Source: Octopus sinensis (Eukaryota). From it: a DNA stretch of 64,000 nt. The notes beneath the pieces are model-generated. The model did not search any database. It worked only from the letters and a program-made list of their open reading frames with translations, and was not told where the DNA came from. The DNA lies in contig NC_043010.1 of NCBI RefSeq assembly GCF_006345805.1, forward strand, positions 54,436,001-54,500,000. Reading direction: 5' to 3'. Position numbers and translations under genes: made by a program. This document shows, piece by piece, positions 13,670 to 24,362 of the stretch (its first letter is position 1; each line of letters begins with the position of its first letter).

Positions 13670-13886
13670 GTTTACTGTTTTACTCTTTTACATGTTTCAG
13701 TCATTTGACTGTGACCATGCTGGAGCACCGCCTTTAGTCGAGCAAATCGACCCCAGGACTTATTTTTTGTAAGCCTACTACTTATTCTGTCGGTCACTTT
13801 TGCTGAACCGGTAAGTTACGGGAACGTAAACGCACCAACATCAGTTGTAAAGCGATGTTGGTGGTGATGGGGCAAACACAGACACA

Positions 13887-13940
<54 letters not shown>

Positions 13941-14078
13941 CGACGGGATTTTTTCAGTTTCTGTCTACCAAATCCACTCACAAGGCTTTGGTCGACCGGA
14001 GGCTATAGTAAAAGACACTTGTCCAAGGTGCCACGCCGTGGGACTGAACCCGGAACCATGCGGTTGGTAAGCAAGCTA
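13670..14078 (-). mobile_element. SINE family A, near full length
   Basis: Tail, internal microsatellite and head to GGTAAGCAAGCTA; extreme 5' end replaced by (TA)n. Confidence 0.9.
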
Positions 14079-14689
14079 TATATATATATATCATTTACTC
14101 AAATACATGGCAATAAAAATTACGAGGTGCAATATCCGTAAAGGGATGATATTTATGGATATATTTAGTATATTTGATAATGTATTGAAACTTATATCAT
14201 CATAAAGAAAAAATGGAAATTCTGGAAGAAGAGTAGAATACTTTGAGGCAACAAAATTAAATGAATTTCTATCTCACGGGAGCATTGATGATTCTTCAGA
14301 AACCTTCGTTAAACGGTTTCTAATTCATTATACTGAAATATCAAGAAGATTAATAGAGAATGTTGATCATTGATAAAAAGAAGCCTTTATCTGGTTTCAT
14401 TACGAGAGGAATACAGAAAATATCAGAGGTGGTGAATAATAACTTATAACGTCATACTAATCGTAAGAATATGCGAATAGAGTAATAAATCAGGCCTAAA
14501 ATCAAAACTTGAAGGTTTTCTGCTTTCGTGAATGTATCATGAAATATGCATTTCAAATATGCGTCAAATGTTGCATTTTAGGCATGCGCATACACATACA
14601 CACACACACACAAAATTTACACAAACATTCGAATATGCACATATATTATATATTTTATCTTTTATACACACACAAACACTGACACAGAT

Positions 14690-14694
14690 ATATA

Positions 14695-14737
<43 letters not shown>

Positions 14738-14777
14738 ACATATATATATATGTACAACACACATATTTATATGTAAG

Positions 14778-14821
<44 letters not shown>

Positions 14822-14900
14822 TATATATATGTAAGTATATATATATATGTATATGCATTTGTAGGTGTGCATGTGTGTGTGAGTGTGTGTGAGTGTGTGT
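14690..14900. repeat. (TA)n/(TG)n compound microsatellite
   Basis: Direct reading. Confidence 0.9.
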
Positions 14901-14904
14901 TTGT

Positions 14905-15075
14905 GCGTATACGGCAGGCTACACTTTCACTTTCATCAACCACCGACTATCATAGGTTGTCACAAGGCTTTAGGCGGCCCAATGTTATAAGAGGAAACAC
15001 TTGCCCAAGATGCCACACAGTAGGAACGACTCCAGTTCGGAAGCAATAATCTTAAAACATAGGCACTCCTGCACA
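14905..15075 (-). mobile_element. SINE A 5' half, old and degenerate
   Basis: CACAAGGCTTTAGGCGGCCC...ACACTTGCCCAAGATGCCACACAGTAGGA...GCACTCCTGC. Confidence 0.65.
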
Positions 15076-15474
15076 TATCGATAATATAACATGTATTTCT
15101 ATCTGGCAGCAATGAAATTCCAAGTAAATAACCCTTATAAATAGCAGTGTTGGTTTACAAAACATCTTTTGGCTAAAAACAATTTAAAGCTGCAGTGAGA
15201 CACTGTAAACATGAAAGGTGTTAACCTTCGGGACAAAGCAATACTTCCAATCCCTTTATAAATTTTAGAGAAATAATTTAAAGACATTCTTAGAAAGTTT
15301 ACAAATTAATATGATGTCAATGATATACAATTCCCTTGTAAGAAAACACTATCTAAAGTATATAGATATATCCAAATTTTGACATTGGCTCATTTGTAGA
15401 AATTCTAACATGACATCTTCCACAGACGTGAGTTCGTCTACAACGGGGAAACTTCAACATTTCCTAACCAAGGT

Positions 15475-15570
15475 TTATATATATATATAAATATATTATA
15501 TAGAAAGTGCGTGTATACACACATATATATATATAATATTATACATAGTTTACATTTATATATATATATA

Positions 15571-15605
<35 letters not shown>

Positions 15606-15832
15606 ATATATATATATATATACAGATAGATAGATATAGATATAATTTATATTCATGTGTTTAATAATATTGTATCCTTATCTTATATGCATATAAATAA
15701 TATGCATATGTATGTATATTATTATAATTATTAGTTTAATACATAAATAAGTTGACATTTTTAATGTCCTAAATTTGATGAACCAACTATTGTTATTCTA
15801 CATTTTCTTATTTGCAATATATATATATATAT

Positions 15833-15882
<50 letters not shown>

Positions 15883-15910
15883 ATGTATGTATGTATGTAT
15901 GTATGTATAA
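15475..15910. repeat. (TA)n, (TG)n and (TATG)n tracts
   Basis: Direct reading. Confidence 0.9.
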
Positions 15911-16499
15911 ATGGTACACACGTATATAACAGAATAGAGAACATATATAATACACGTTTTGGGATTCGAAGCATAGTGTGTTATTATAGTTTCGTCTTTC
16001 AAAAGGGATTGGAAATCGCAAACCGAAAACTTGAAACAGATCTCTATATAATGAGTATCTTTGTACTTCTCTTTGCTACAATTAAAACTGTTATTCAGTG
16101 TGAGATATCCTTTTGTTGCGACAACTTAATCATAGTTTAATACAATTTCAAACGTCATTTTCTGTCAGATACATGGAGCTAACAAATGACTGAAATGTTG
16201 TCGTTTTTACGTAAACGATTTCAATTGAATTTAGACATATCTTTAAGTGCATAACCATTATTTTTTTCACGATACGAGTTAATAAGCGTAAACATCTTGT
16301 TGGTTTGTATTCGTTACATTTTCCAGTTTGCTTATAATTTTTTTGTTTAAATTTATTATTGTGGGAGTTATTTATGTCTATCATTTTCTCATGTTTACCA
16401 ACTTGAAAATATCAATGTTATATGGCATCGTTTTGTTTCCCTACAGGAATAAAGGCGTGCCCGCACGCATACATTCAGTAACAATCACAGAGAACTATT

Positions 16500-16681
16500 T
16501 ACATGCAAATGCATGTTATACTTAGCGTTATATATATATACACATATATATAATACATGAATATAATGTATATATTATATTTATATATATTTATATATAT
16601 ATATATACTTATATACACTATATATGTTTATATTATATGTATATACATCCACACAAATATTTATTCATGTATATAATTATA

Positions 16682-16716
<35 letters not shown>

Positions 16717-16950
16717 GTGTGTGTATATATATATATCTATGTATATAATGCATATATATATATACATGGACATACAAACACACACGCACATATATTTATA
16801 TAATTATACACAGAATGAGAGAGAGACAGTGAGAAATAGAAAGATAGATTAGATAGATACATAAATAAATAGATAGATAAATATATAGAGAGATAGAAAA
16901 AATAGATAGGCAGACAGAGAGACAGATAGATTGATAGTTAGATAGATATA
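16500..16950. repeat. Degenerate (TA)n and (GATA)n low-complexity block
   Basis: Direct reading. Confidence 0.85.
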
Positions 16951-17334
16951 TTACGTATCCTTAAGTTGCATACTGATAGATACGCAGATACACGCACGTT
17001 CAAACACGAATACACTCAAGGCAGACCTACAAAGAGAGAAGCACACACACACACACACAAACAAATTAAACAAACACTAACACACACATTTGCATATGGA
17101 TGTTTGCCGGTAGGTATGTAAACACAATCAATGTGATTTCTTAAAAATATTTCCTCAATATGACGGCTGGTCGAATTTAAGCATTGCATTCGTTCATGTG
17201 ATTTATGCATTTCAATATATAACAATAATTATTTCCTCGGAAGTAGAACCGATTACTGTTTCATGATCATCTAGCTTTGTAAACATAGCAGTCTAGGTAT
17301 TAATGGATATACACTTACATACATGTAGATAAAT

Positions 17335-17337
17335 GCT

Positions 17338-17435
<98 letters not shown>

Positions 17436-17771
17436 GTGTGTGTGTGTATATACATATATATATATATATATAAATTCATATACATTTGCATACGTGTCTT
17501 AAAACATAAATCATAACCGAGGTGCGTGGGAATGAGTAGTAAATGCGAAAGAAATCAACTGTGATTGAACTAAATGTAATAACGAAATTATCGACCACAT
17601 GTACTTATAGAATTACCTACGTGCGAATGTGTGTCTTCCTGTGTAGAATCATGAAAAATGCCGGATACACACTCAGACATTGATATATATATAATATATA
17701 TATATATGCATACAAACACACACACGCGCACACACAAAGACACGCACACACACACATCACACACACAACAC

Positions 17772-17813
<42 letters not shown>

Positions 17814-17830
17814 AATATACACACACACAC
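17335..17830. repeat. (TA)n and (CA)n tracts
   Basis: Tracts at 17335-17480 and 17680-17830. Confidence 0.88.
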
Positions 17831-18188
17831 AACAAGAAAAGTAAAATGGAGTTTGGGTAGTTAATAAATGTTTATTCTTAAAAGCAAATTAATCACCATC
17901 CTTTACATATGTTTGAATCAATACTCAGTAAATACAAAGTAAATATTAAACATATATGACCTGAGCCTAACATTCCATTGTATGTTTTATATATCTCTAT
18001 GCATTTACTAAAAGTATATTAAACAAGCATATTTGGCACTTAAATGTGGCTAACCTTTAAGGGTGGATGCTACTGTAGCTTGTAGCCCCATGAGGACTCC
18101 TCCTCCATCTGGCTATTGACACACTTTCTGTGCTCTATCAGTATTTGCAAAGGGAAGCCATCCTTCCCATCTTCAACCTGACAAGATA

Positions 18189-18233
18189 CACACAGACCCG
18201 AGTTTCTGAGTATTGATCCGTCATCAGCGTGTG
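18189..18233 (-). ncRNA. Minimal type-I hammerhead ribozyme motif with degenerate stem II
   Basis: Minus strand CACACG-CUGAUGA-CGGAUCAAUACUCA-GAAAC-UCGG-GUC-UGUGUG. Stem I has 6 bp (1 G-U), core intact, GUC cleavage triplet; stem II has mismatches including C10.1/A11.1. Confidence 0.7.
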
Positions 18234-18277
18234 ACAATCACCGGTTGTCGATGTGAAGTGGTTCTCACTGCAAATAT

Positions 18278-18316
<39 letters not shown>

Positions 18317-18580
18317 CTATATATATATATATATATATATACCTTTTTCCAGTTACTGATCTCGAAAAAGTGACACGCCCGCAGCGAATTACAAGACATG
18401 AAATGTGTAATGGCTTAAAATTTCGAGGAAGATAGGCTCTTTTGTTTTGCTCAAGAGTTCAAGCGACCAAAGGTGTCAACATGTAACTCATGTAACTCTT
18501 CCAATATGTTTAATCATACATACGCACCCACATATATTACCTCATATCTCACTATATTATTTGTATTTTCGCTCACCCAG

Positions 18581-18683
18581 CGGCACTAGATGCAAAAATG
18601 TCAATTACCTATTCTATTTCCGTGACTTGTTTGGAGTCGGAAAATTATGTTATTCGATGGCATTCTTACAATTTCATCCCTAC
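18581..18683 (+). other. Candidate internal coding exon (unverified)
   Basis: Acceptor TTTGTATTTTCGCTCACCCAG, donor AC|GTAAGT, open frame (A)ALDAKMSITYSISVTCLESENYVIRWHSYNFIP; no homology recognised. Confidence 0.2.
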
Positions 18684-18845
18684 GTAAGTGAGGGATTTGT
18701 TCTTCGATGTTATATAATGCTAAAAATTCAGAGATGAAATTTTGTTTGCTTAGAATAATAAAAGCGGTGGTCTCCATGTAAGATTTATACGTTGCTATTA
18801 CGATGGGTGTATCAGGAATGCATATAACTAACACTAAGTCTGAAG

Positions 18846-18883
18846 TTACTCGCTTATACTGCGATTGCAGTATAAGCGAGTAA
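18846..18883. repeat. Perfect 17-bp inverted repeat with a 4-nt loop
   Basis: TTACTCGCTTATACTGC-GATT-GCAGTATAAGCGAGTAA. Confidence 0.95.
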
Positions 18884-20006
18884 GGAAGTATGACCTATGA
18901 AGATGTAGGAAACAATTGGTTGCGCTTTGAGAAGAATAGTGTTTTACAGGATGTTCCATGTAAGCGATTATATGAGATTATGATGTGAGTATACTTCATG
19001 ATAGGGTAATTTAGAACTTTGCAATCGTTGTCGTTAGAATGACGCTGAGGGAACTGCAGGCAAAAATATACACGAGTGTGTAACGAATTCTTAGTCATAT
19101 CCTCGTTGACATTGATGGCAAAGGAGTTATTAGTAGGAGATAACAAATTAAACAATGGGTGAGATGATGGGAAATGAAGATAGCAGGGTGTATCAGAGGA
19201 CGTGTAGTATTGAGTGGAGTAAGTCGTTGGAAATAACCAGGCACCATGCGGTACGAGGAAATTGACAATTCGTAAAATAAGGACAGAAGACGTATACAGA
19301 TTAATAAAACAGATTTTATGCATTAAAAGCTACGAAGTAAAAGATTTCCATTCAATCACGATATGAGTGTACAGTACTAGGATATCTGGTGGGGCAATAA
19401 GAATTTCTTAGTAAAAGAGAAATGGTTTAGACTGTGTCAGAAATTTATCGATACGATTTGAATTAGAATATGCATAGTAGCTGTAAATGATAGAAATATA
19501 TCCTTTTATGCACATGCGCACCCAAATATTTGAGATTTGTAAAATTAATTAAATACATGTACACACACACATAAACGCGCGCATACTCACACACAGACAC
19601 ATACGCACACAAACATACATGTATGTGCATGTTTAATATATACATATGCGTGATATAAAGATAAAGTGTATATAAATTTATATATAAGGGAAGTGTTACT
19701 ATACATGTATATAGGCCTTATTCAAAGAAGATTTTCTTCATAAATAAGTTTTCCTTTCTGGGGATATGTTATACAAGTTCCACTTATACGGGCTCCAGTT
19801 TTGTGCTATTATCAATTGATGGTTCTGAATTGTATCCGTATGTTTATGTACTAGTGTTTTTTTTTTTTTTATATTAGTACTTTTCAATTCGGAAGTCCAG
19901 ATGTCTCTATTGAGACTTCGTTCCTTCCGATACAATATAAATACTTGATAATTTAAAGAAAACAGAGACTATACATGGAATAATCCTTTTCTTATCATAG
20001 TACAGT

Positions 20007-20331
20007 CAGTTAACAATTTCTTACATCATTTCGCCTTCGACACGTTTCGGCTAAATGTTATTGTCCATATTTGCACCTTTAAAGTGTATTATGATGCTAT
20101 AAAACAATGGCAACTTATGGGCATATCGGCTGCTATTTTCCCGCATCTCTTGAATGGAATAAATTCTCTATTCGAGAGAAGCAAAAAGAAAAAAAAAAGA
20201 AAGTAGTCGATATCCCCAGAAGAAGCCATTGTTTTATAACATCATAATGAACTTTCAGGGTGCATATATGGACAATAACAATTGGCCGAAATGCAACGTA
20301 GGCGAAAAAGAATGTAAAAACTTGTTAACTG
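20007..20331. mobile_element. About 325-bp foldback palindrome (MITE-like)
   Basis: Left arm CAGTTAACAA...TGTTATTGTCCATAT...TATGATGCTATAAAACAATGG...CTCTTGAATGGA matches the reverse complement of the right arm nearly to the centre (about 20160); roughly 75-80% identity by eye. Confidence 0.8.
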
Positions 20332-20384
20332 CATTATGATTAAAGAATAAGTATTCTATACGTATTCTGTTTTCTTTGAAATAT

Positions 20385-20512
20385 GAATTATATATATATG
20401 TGTGTTTTGTGCGTGTGTGTATGTATGTATGTGTACATATGTATGTATATATTATAAATTTATATATGTATATATATATATATATTTATATATGTATATA
20501 TATATATTTATA

Positions 20513-20572
<60 letters not shown>
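20385..20572. repeat. (TA)n microsatellite
   Basis: Direct reading. Confidence 0.93.
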
Positions 20573-20573
<1 letters not shown>

Positions 20574-20860
20574 AGTTAAATTTGAAAATGCCACCAGAAT
20601 GGACGAAAGCGCTAATATATATGTGATATAAGTTATATGATGTATAAAAACATGTAATATACAAATAAATATATGTAAATATAAAACCTTCCGAATTTCT
20701 GAGCACCTCTTTTCTTCTAATATAAAATACCTGTATATCATCTCCAAACCTTCTAATATATATATATATATAGGCCCAACCAACCAATATATTGAAACAT
20801 CCATAGATACTATTTTAACCACATATGAACTTACACACTTACGCTTAAAAATGATAATAA

Positions 20861-21078
20861 ACGCGCCCTTTTAAAACCTAGCCAATCTCATGGGCCCGGT
20901 TTCCCGATTTGTATGGTGTATGTGTTTCCCAGCTGGACGGGATGCCAGTTCATCGCAGTTTTACTCATTTTTGACAGCTGAGTGGGCTGGAGCAACGTGA
21001 AATGAAGTGTTTTGCTCAAGACCACAATCTTACGATCATGATGCTGACACCCTAACCACTAAGTCATGCGCCTCCACA
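20861..21078 (-). mobile_element. SINE family D, near full length with small internal deletion
   Basis: Reverse complement: TGTGGAGGCGCATGACTTAGTGGTTAGGG head, CACTCAGCTGTCAAAAATGAGTA, CTGCGATGAACTGGCATCCCGTCCAG, tail GAAACCGGGCCCATGAG. Confidence 0.85.
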
Positions 21079-21197
21079 CACTTATGTTTATACACAAATG
21101 AATATGTGGACGCATGATTTCATTAAATATATAAATATATAAATGCATACGTTGAACCTGACCTATATGCAAGTATACTTGCTTATACACGCTCTAC

Positions 21198-21199
21198 AT

Positions 21200-21264
<65 letters not shown>

Positions 21265-21305
21265 AAGATAGAAAGAGAGAGAGAGAGAGAGGGAGGGAGA
21301 GAGAG
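21198..21305. repeat. (GATA)n-(GA)n microsatellite
   Basis: Direct reading. Confidence 0.95.
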
Positions 21306-22581
21306 GTATGTGCTGAGTACTTATACAATTAGATGCATAGCATTGTCGAAGAAATGTGCTTTGTAGTTTTTGATGATTTCAGTAATATTCCAAACCAATT
21401 CGGTTCTAAGACGCAAATAATCTGATGAAAGTCTCTTGAATTCTGTGATTATGACAGTGGAAACAAATAAATATAATCTTATAATAGCATTTTTATCTCT
21501 GTATATTTCTTTATTTTATCAGTACTTGTCTTCCATATATCCATATATTTCTTCTCATCCATTGCTTGTTGATTTAACATTTACTGAATATAGAAAAAAT
21601 AGGTAGAAATATTGTTATCAGTTCTGTTTGTTGTGGTGGTTGTTTTTCTGATGCTTAGTAGTTATTATTGCTTTTGTTTAATTATTGTTATTAATGGTAG
21701 TATCAGTATGATGATTGCTGTTATTAGAAGTAACATTAATAATGATATTAAGCGACGTTTGCGGTAGAGATAGTGTCGGCTTCTGAAGAAAAAACATCTT
21801 AAAATTGTAATTTTGATTTTACTGCAAAATAAATTATATAAAGTTTGAAAGTTAAATTAAGCAGAAAGAGTACATAATCCCACACATAAAAAAAAATGAA
21901 GAACACGGAAAATTATCTAAAGATATATTTCAGAATGAAAGTAAATAACATTAAGACGCCATTAAAAGTAGGTTAATATGTATTTAAATATTTTATATAT
22001 TTTTGCTGGTCTGACTTCAGTTTCTCTTACAGATATAATTGAATTGCTTTACATTTTCGTCAATTTATTTTACTCTATATCACCAAACAATTAGGTTAGA
22101 AAATAACAATCTAATAAAAAAAATTAACTCTATAGAAGCATGAAGTAGAGTGCAGCTTTAGTTTCTTCACCCAAATATATAACCTTTATTTATGTGGAGC
22201 AATAAACGTGACTCTTTATAATTATTTAAGTTATTAGAACTGAGGGCAAGTTATCGCAAATGCCACACCTCACCATCACGGTAGGAGCGGTTATATTTTT
22301 GATAATATACAAAGTGATTGTTTCATGGGCATGATTGATTTGCAATTCAAAAGTATCGGCAAAATCAGTTGCACTGTGTCATATTAAAATAATAAACTGT
22401 ACATCAGATAACGAATATGTGATATTGTACACTTGATAAATATATAAGTGACTACTGCTCTAATGCACAACTATAGGACACTTGAGTCTAAAGTAACATA
22501 ATTATAGTAATTACCGCTTGATTCAATTAATATATTATACATAAAACCAAACTGACGGTGGAAAAAGATGGGGTGGTGTGC

Positions 22582-22584
<3 letters not shown>

Positions 22585-22629
<45 letters not shown>

Positions 22630-22635
22630 ACTCTC
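22585..22635. repeat. (CT)n microsatellite
   Basis: Direct reading. Confidence 0.95.
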
Positions 22636-22890
22636 AGTACCTTTGTAAAAAGTGGGTGACTATCGATATACAACTGGGAAGAATGGACCTAATCTTTATC
22701 ACATGCCTGTAGAATACAGAAAAGCTGCTGGGCAAGGTTTCGCTCTCTTGGTGTTCCCGGACACCCATGTGTTGTGTGGACGCCCCCAGGCGACGAAGTA
22801 GACTAGCCCAATACGTAGATATAGATGTAGAAATCTAGACGTCGAGGAGAAGTAGTAGAGAGTCGAGTTGAGTAGAAGGGATCCGAACAT

Positions 22891-22960
22891 CTACTATAGC
22901 TCGGACCAATCAAAGCCTTGTGAGTGGATTTGGTAGACGGAAACTGAAAACAGCACGTCG

Positions 22961-22965
<5 letters not shown>
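22891..22965 (+). mobile_element. SINE A upstream part; its 3' half probably lies at 24053-24362
   Basis: CTACTATAGCTCGGACC...CCTTGTGAGTGGATTTGGTAGACGGAAACTGAA runs into (TA)n. Confidence 0.8.
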
Positions 22966-23010
<45 letters not shown>

Positions 23011-23074
23011 ATATATAATATAATATATGTTTATAATATATATATAATATATGTTTATATATATATATAGATTA

Positions 23075-23108
<34 letters not shown>

Positions 23109-23110
<2 letters not shown>

Positions 23111-23448
23111 TAGTTAGTTAGTTAATTGGCTCAAAAGCAAATACCAAGGCCATGTAGGGGGACATGAGTTAAGTACAGGGTGGTGTTCATGTAAAGAGTT
23201 CCGGCCACTTGAGGTCCAGGGAGGCTTTGAACAAAGCGGTCGTCGGCATCTTCACCATCTCGTCTGGCAGCTTGTTCCACGGATCCGCAACCCGGACGGA
23301 GAAAGCTCCTCGCCTTCGATTGAGATGAAATCGTCGCAGGTAGAGCTTTTCGGAATGACCCCTATATGCTTGAAGTTTGACAAGTAATAGGCGGTGGTTT
23401 ACCGAGTCAAAAGCTTTGGCAAAGTCCAATAAAACGATGTCAACAGCA
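23109..23448 (-). mobile_element. CR1-like LINE remnant with a large in-frame internal deletion and (TAAC)n tail
   Basis: Minus translation AVDIVLLDFAKAFDSVNHRLLLVKLQAY joined directly to RGHSEKLYLRRFHLNRRRGAFSVRVADPWNKLP...FKASLDLKWPELFT*; GTTAGTTAGTTAG tail; (TA)n on both sides. Confidence 0.85.
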
Positions 23449-23461
23449 TATATATATATAT

Positions 23462-23495
<34 letters not shown>

Positions 23496-23502
23496 TTATC
23501 GC

Positions 23503-23740
23503 CTGTGAATATGAAATCCTCTTCATTTCTCTGGAAATTTACATCTACACACATTGGAATTGTGCATCTATACAAAGGATTAATTCACCCTCTCTGTAAT
23601 GCTATAAGCAGGAATTGAGACCCACCTCGTGTGATTAACAATGGAAAAATTGTTTTTCTGTGAGTATGTAATCCTCATCATATCTCTGGAAATTCATATG
23701 TGCACTATGGATTAGGTCACCTTCTCTGGGTTGCTATTAA
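23503..23740 (+). repeat. Degenerate tandem duplication with about 155-bp period, upstream of a hammerhead
   Basis: CTGTGA.TATG.AATCCTC.TCAT.TCTCTGGAAATT.A.AT occurs at 23503 and 23658. Confidence 0.7.
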
Positions 23741-23890
23741 ACCTTTTTTAAAATTCTGTGATAAGACTGTACATCATCTTTAAAGAACTTTAATGAACTT
23801 TGGATATCTGTTTATGTTTATGTTACTTAATATCTTCATTACTTCATGAGTATAGCCTCAACACTAGGATGTCTAGAGAACGCACATGTA

Positions 23891-23980
23891 TTTTAGCTGA
23901 TGAGTACGGGACCGTTTATATGCTGTAATTTTTTTGCAACTTTAATAAGCCTGTCCTTGTATGAAACGATTGTACTAAAA
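23891..23980 (+). ncRNA. Type-I hammerhead ribozyme with canonical core and 59-nt extended stem II
   Basis: UUUUAG-CUGAUGA-[GUACGGGAC...GUCCUUGUAU]-GAAAC-GAUU-GUA-CUAAAA. Stem I is 6 perfect bp; predicted cleavage after 23974; the only core-adjacent deviation is G10.1-U11.1. Confidence 0.85.
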
Positions 23981-24010
23981 ACCTATCCATTCTTGTTGCT
24001 TCTTTCTCGC

Positions 24011-24049
<39 letters not shown>

Positions 24050-24052
24050 TAT

Positions 24053-24362
24053 ATGTTGGTGTGTCTTGTTTGTCCCCACGCCATCGACTGACAAAAGCAA
24101 GAAAAAATAGCTGTGTACCGGTCACGTTTTACTGACATCGCTCCTTTATTCATGTGAGACATGGACCCTTTTCAAACGTCATGTAAGTGTCTTTGAACGC
24201 TTTCATCCGAGATCCTGATATGCTTTGCTGTTCGGCAAAATATACCAATAGAATAAGTACTAGAATTACAAAGGATAAGTCTTGGGGTCGGTTTGCTCAA
24301 CTAAAGGCGGTGCTCCAGCATGGCCGCAGTCAAATAGCTTCAACAAATGAAAGAATTTAAAG
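24053..24362 (+). mobile_element. SINE A 3' half with an about 145-bp foreign insert
   Basis: GTGTCTTGTTTGTCCCC... then insert at about 24083-24228, then TTCGGCAAAA...CTAAAGGCGGTGCTCCAGCATGGCCGCAGTCAAA. Confidence 0.8.

Noticed and set aside
18895-19323. 142-aa minus-strand ORF with an HPLFNLL motif
   Set aside because: Only a faint resemblance to LINE C-terminal motifs; not enough to call a gene or a TE.
21417-21452. Hammerhead-like AUAAU-CUGAUGA-AAG-UCU-CUU-GAAUU-CU-GUG-AUUAU
   Set aside because: Stem I and the first core strand fit, but GAAAC is GAAUU and the cleavage triplet is GUG (not NUH); could be chance or very old decay.
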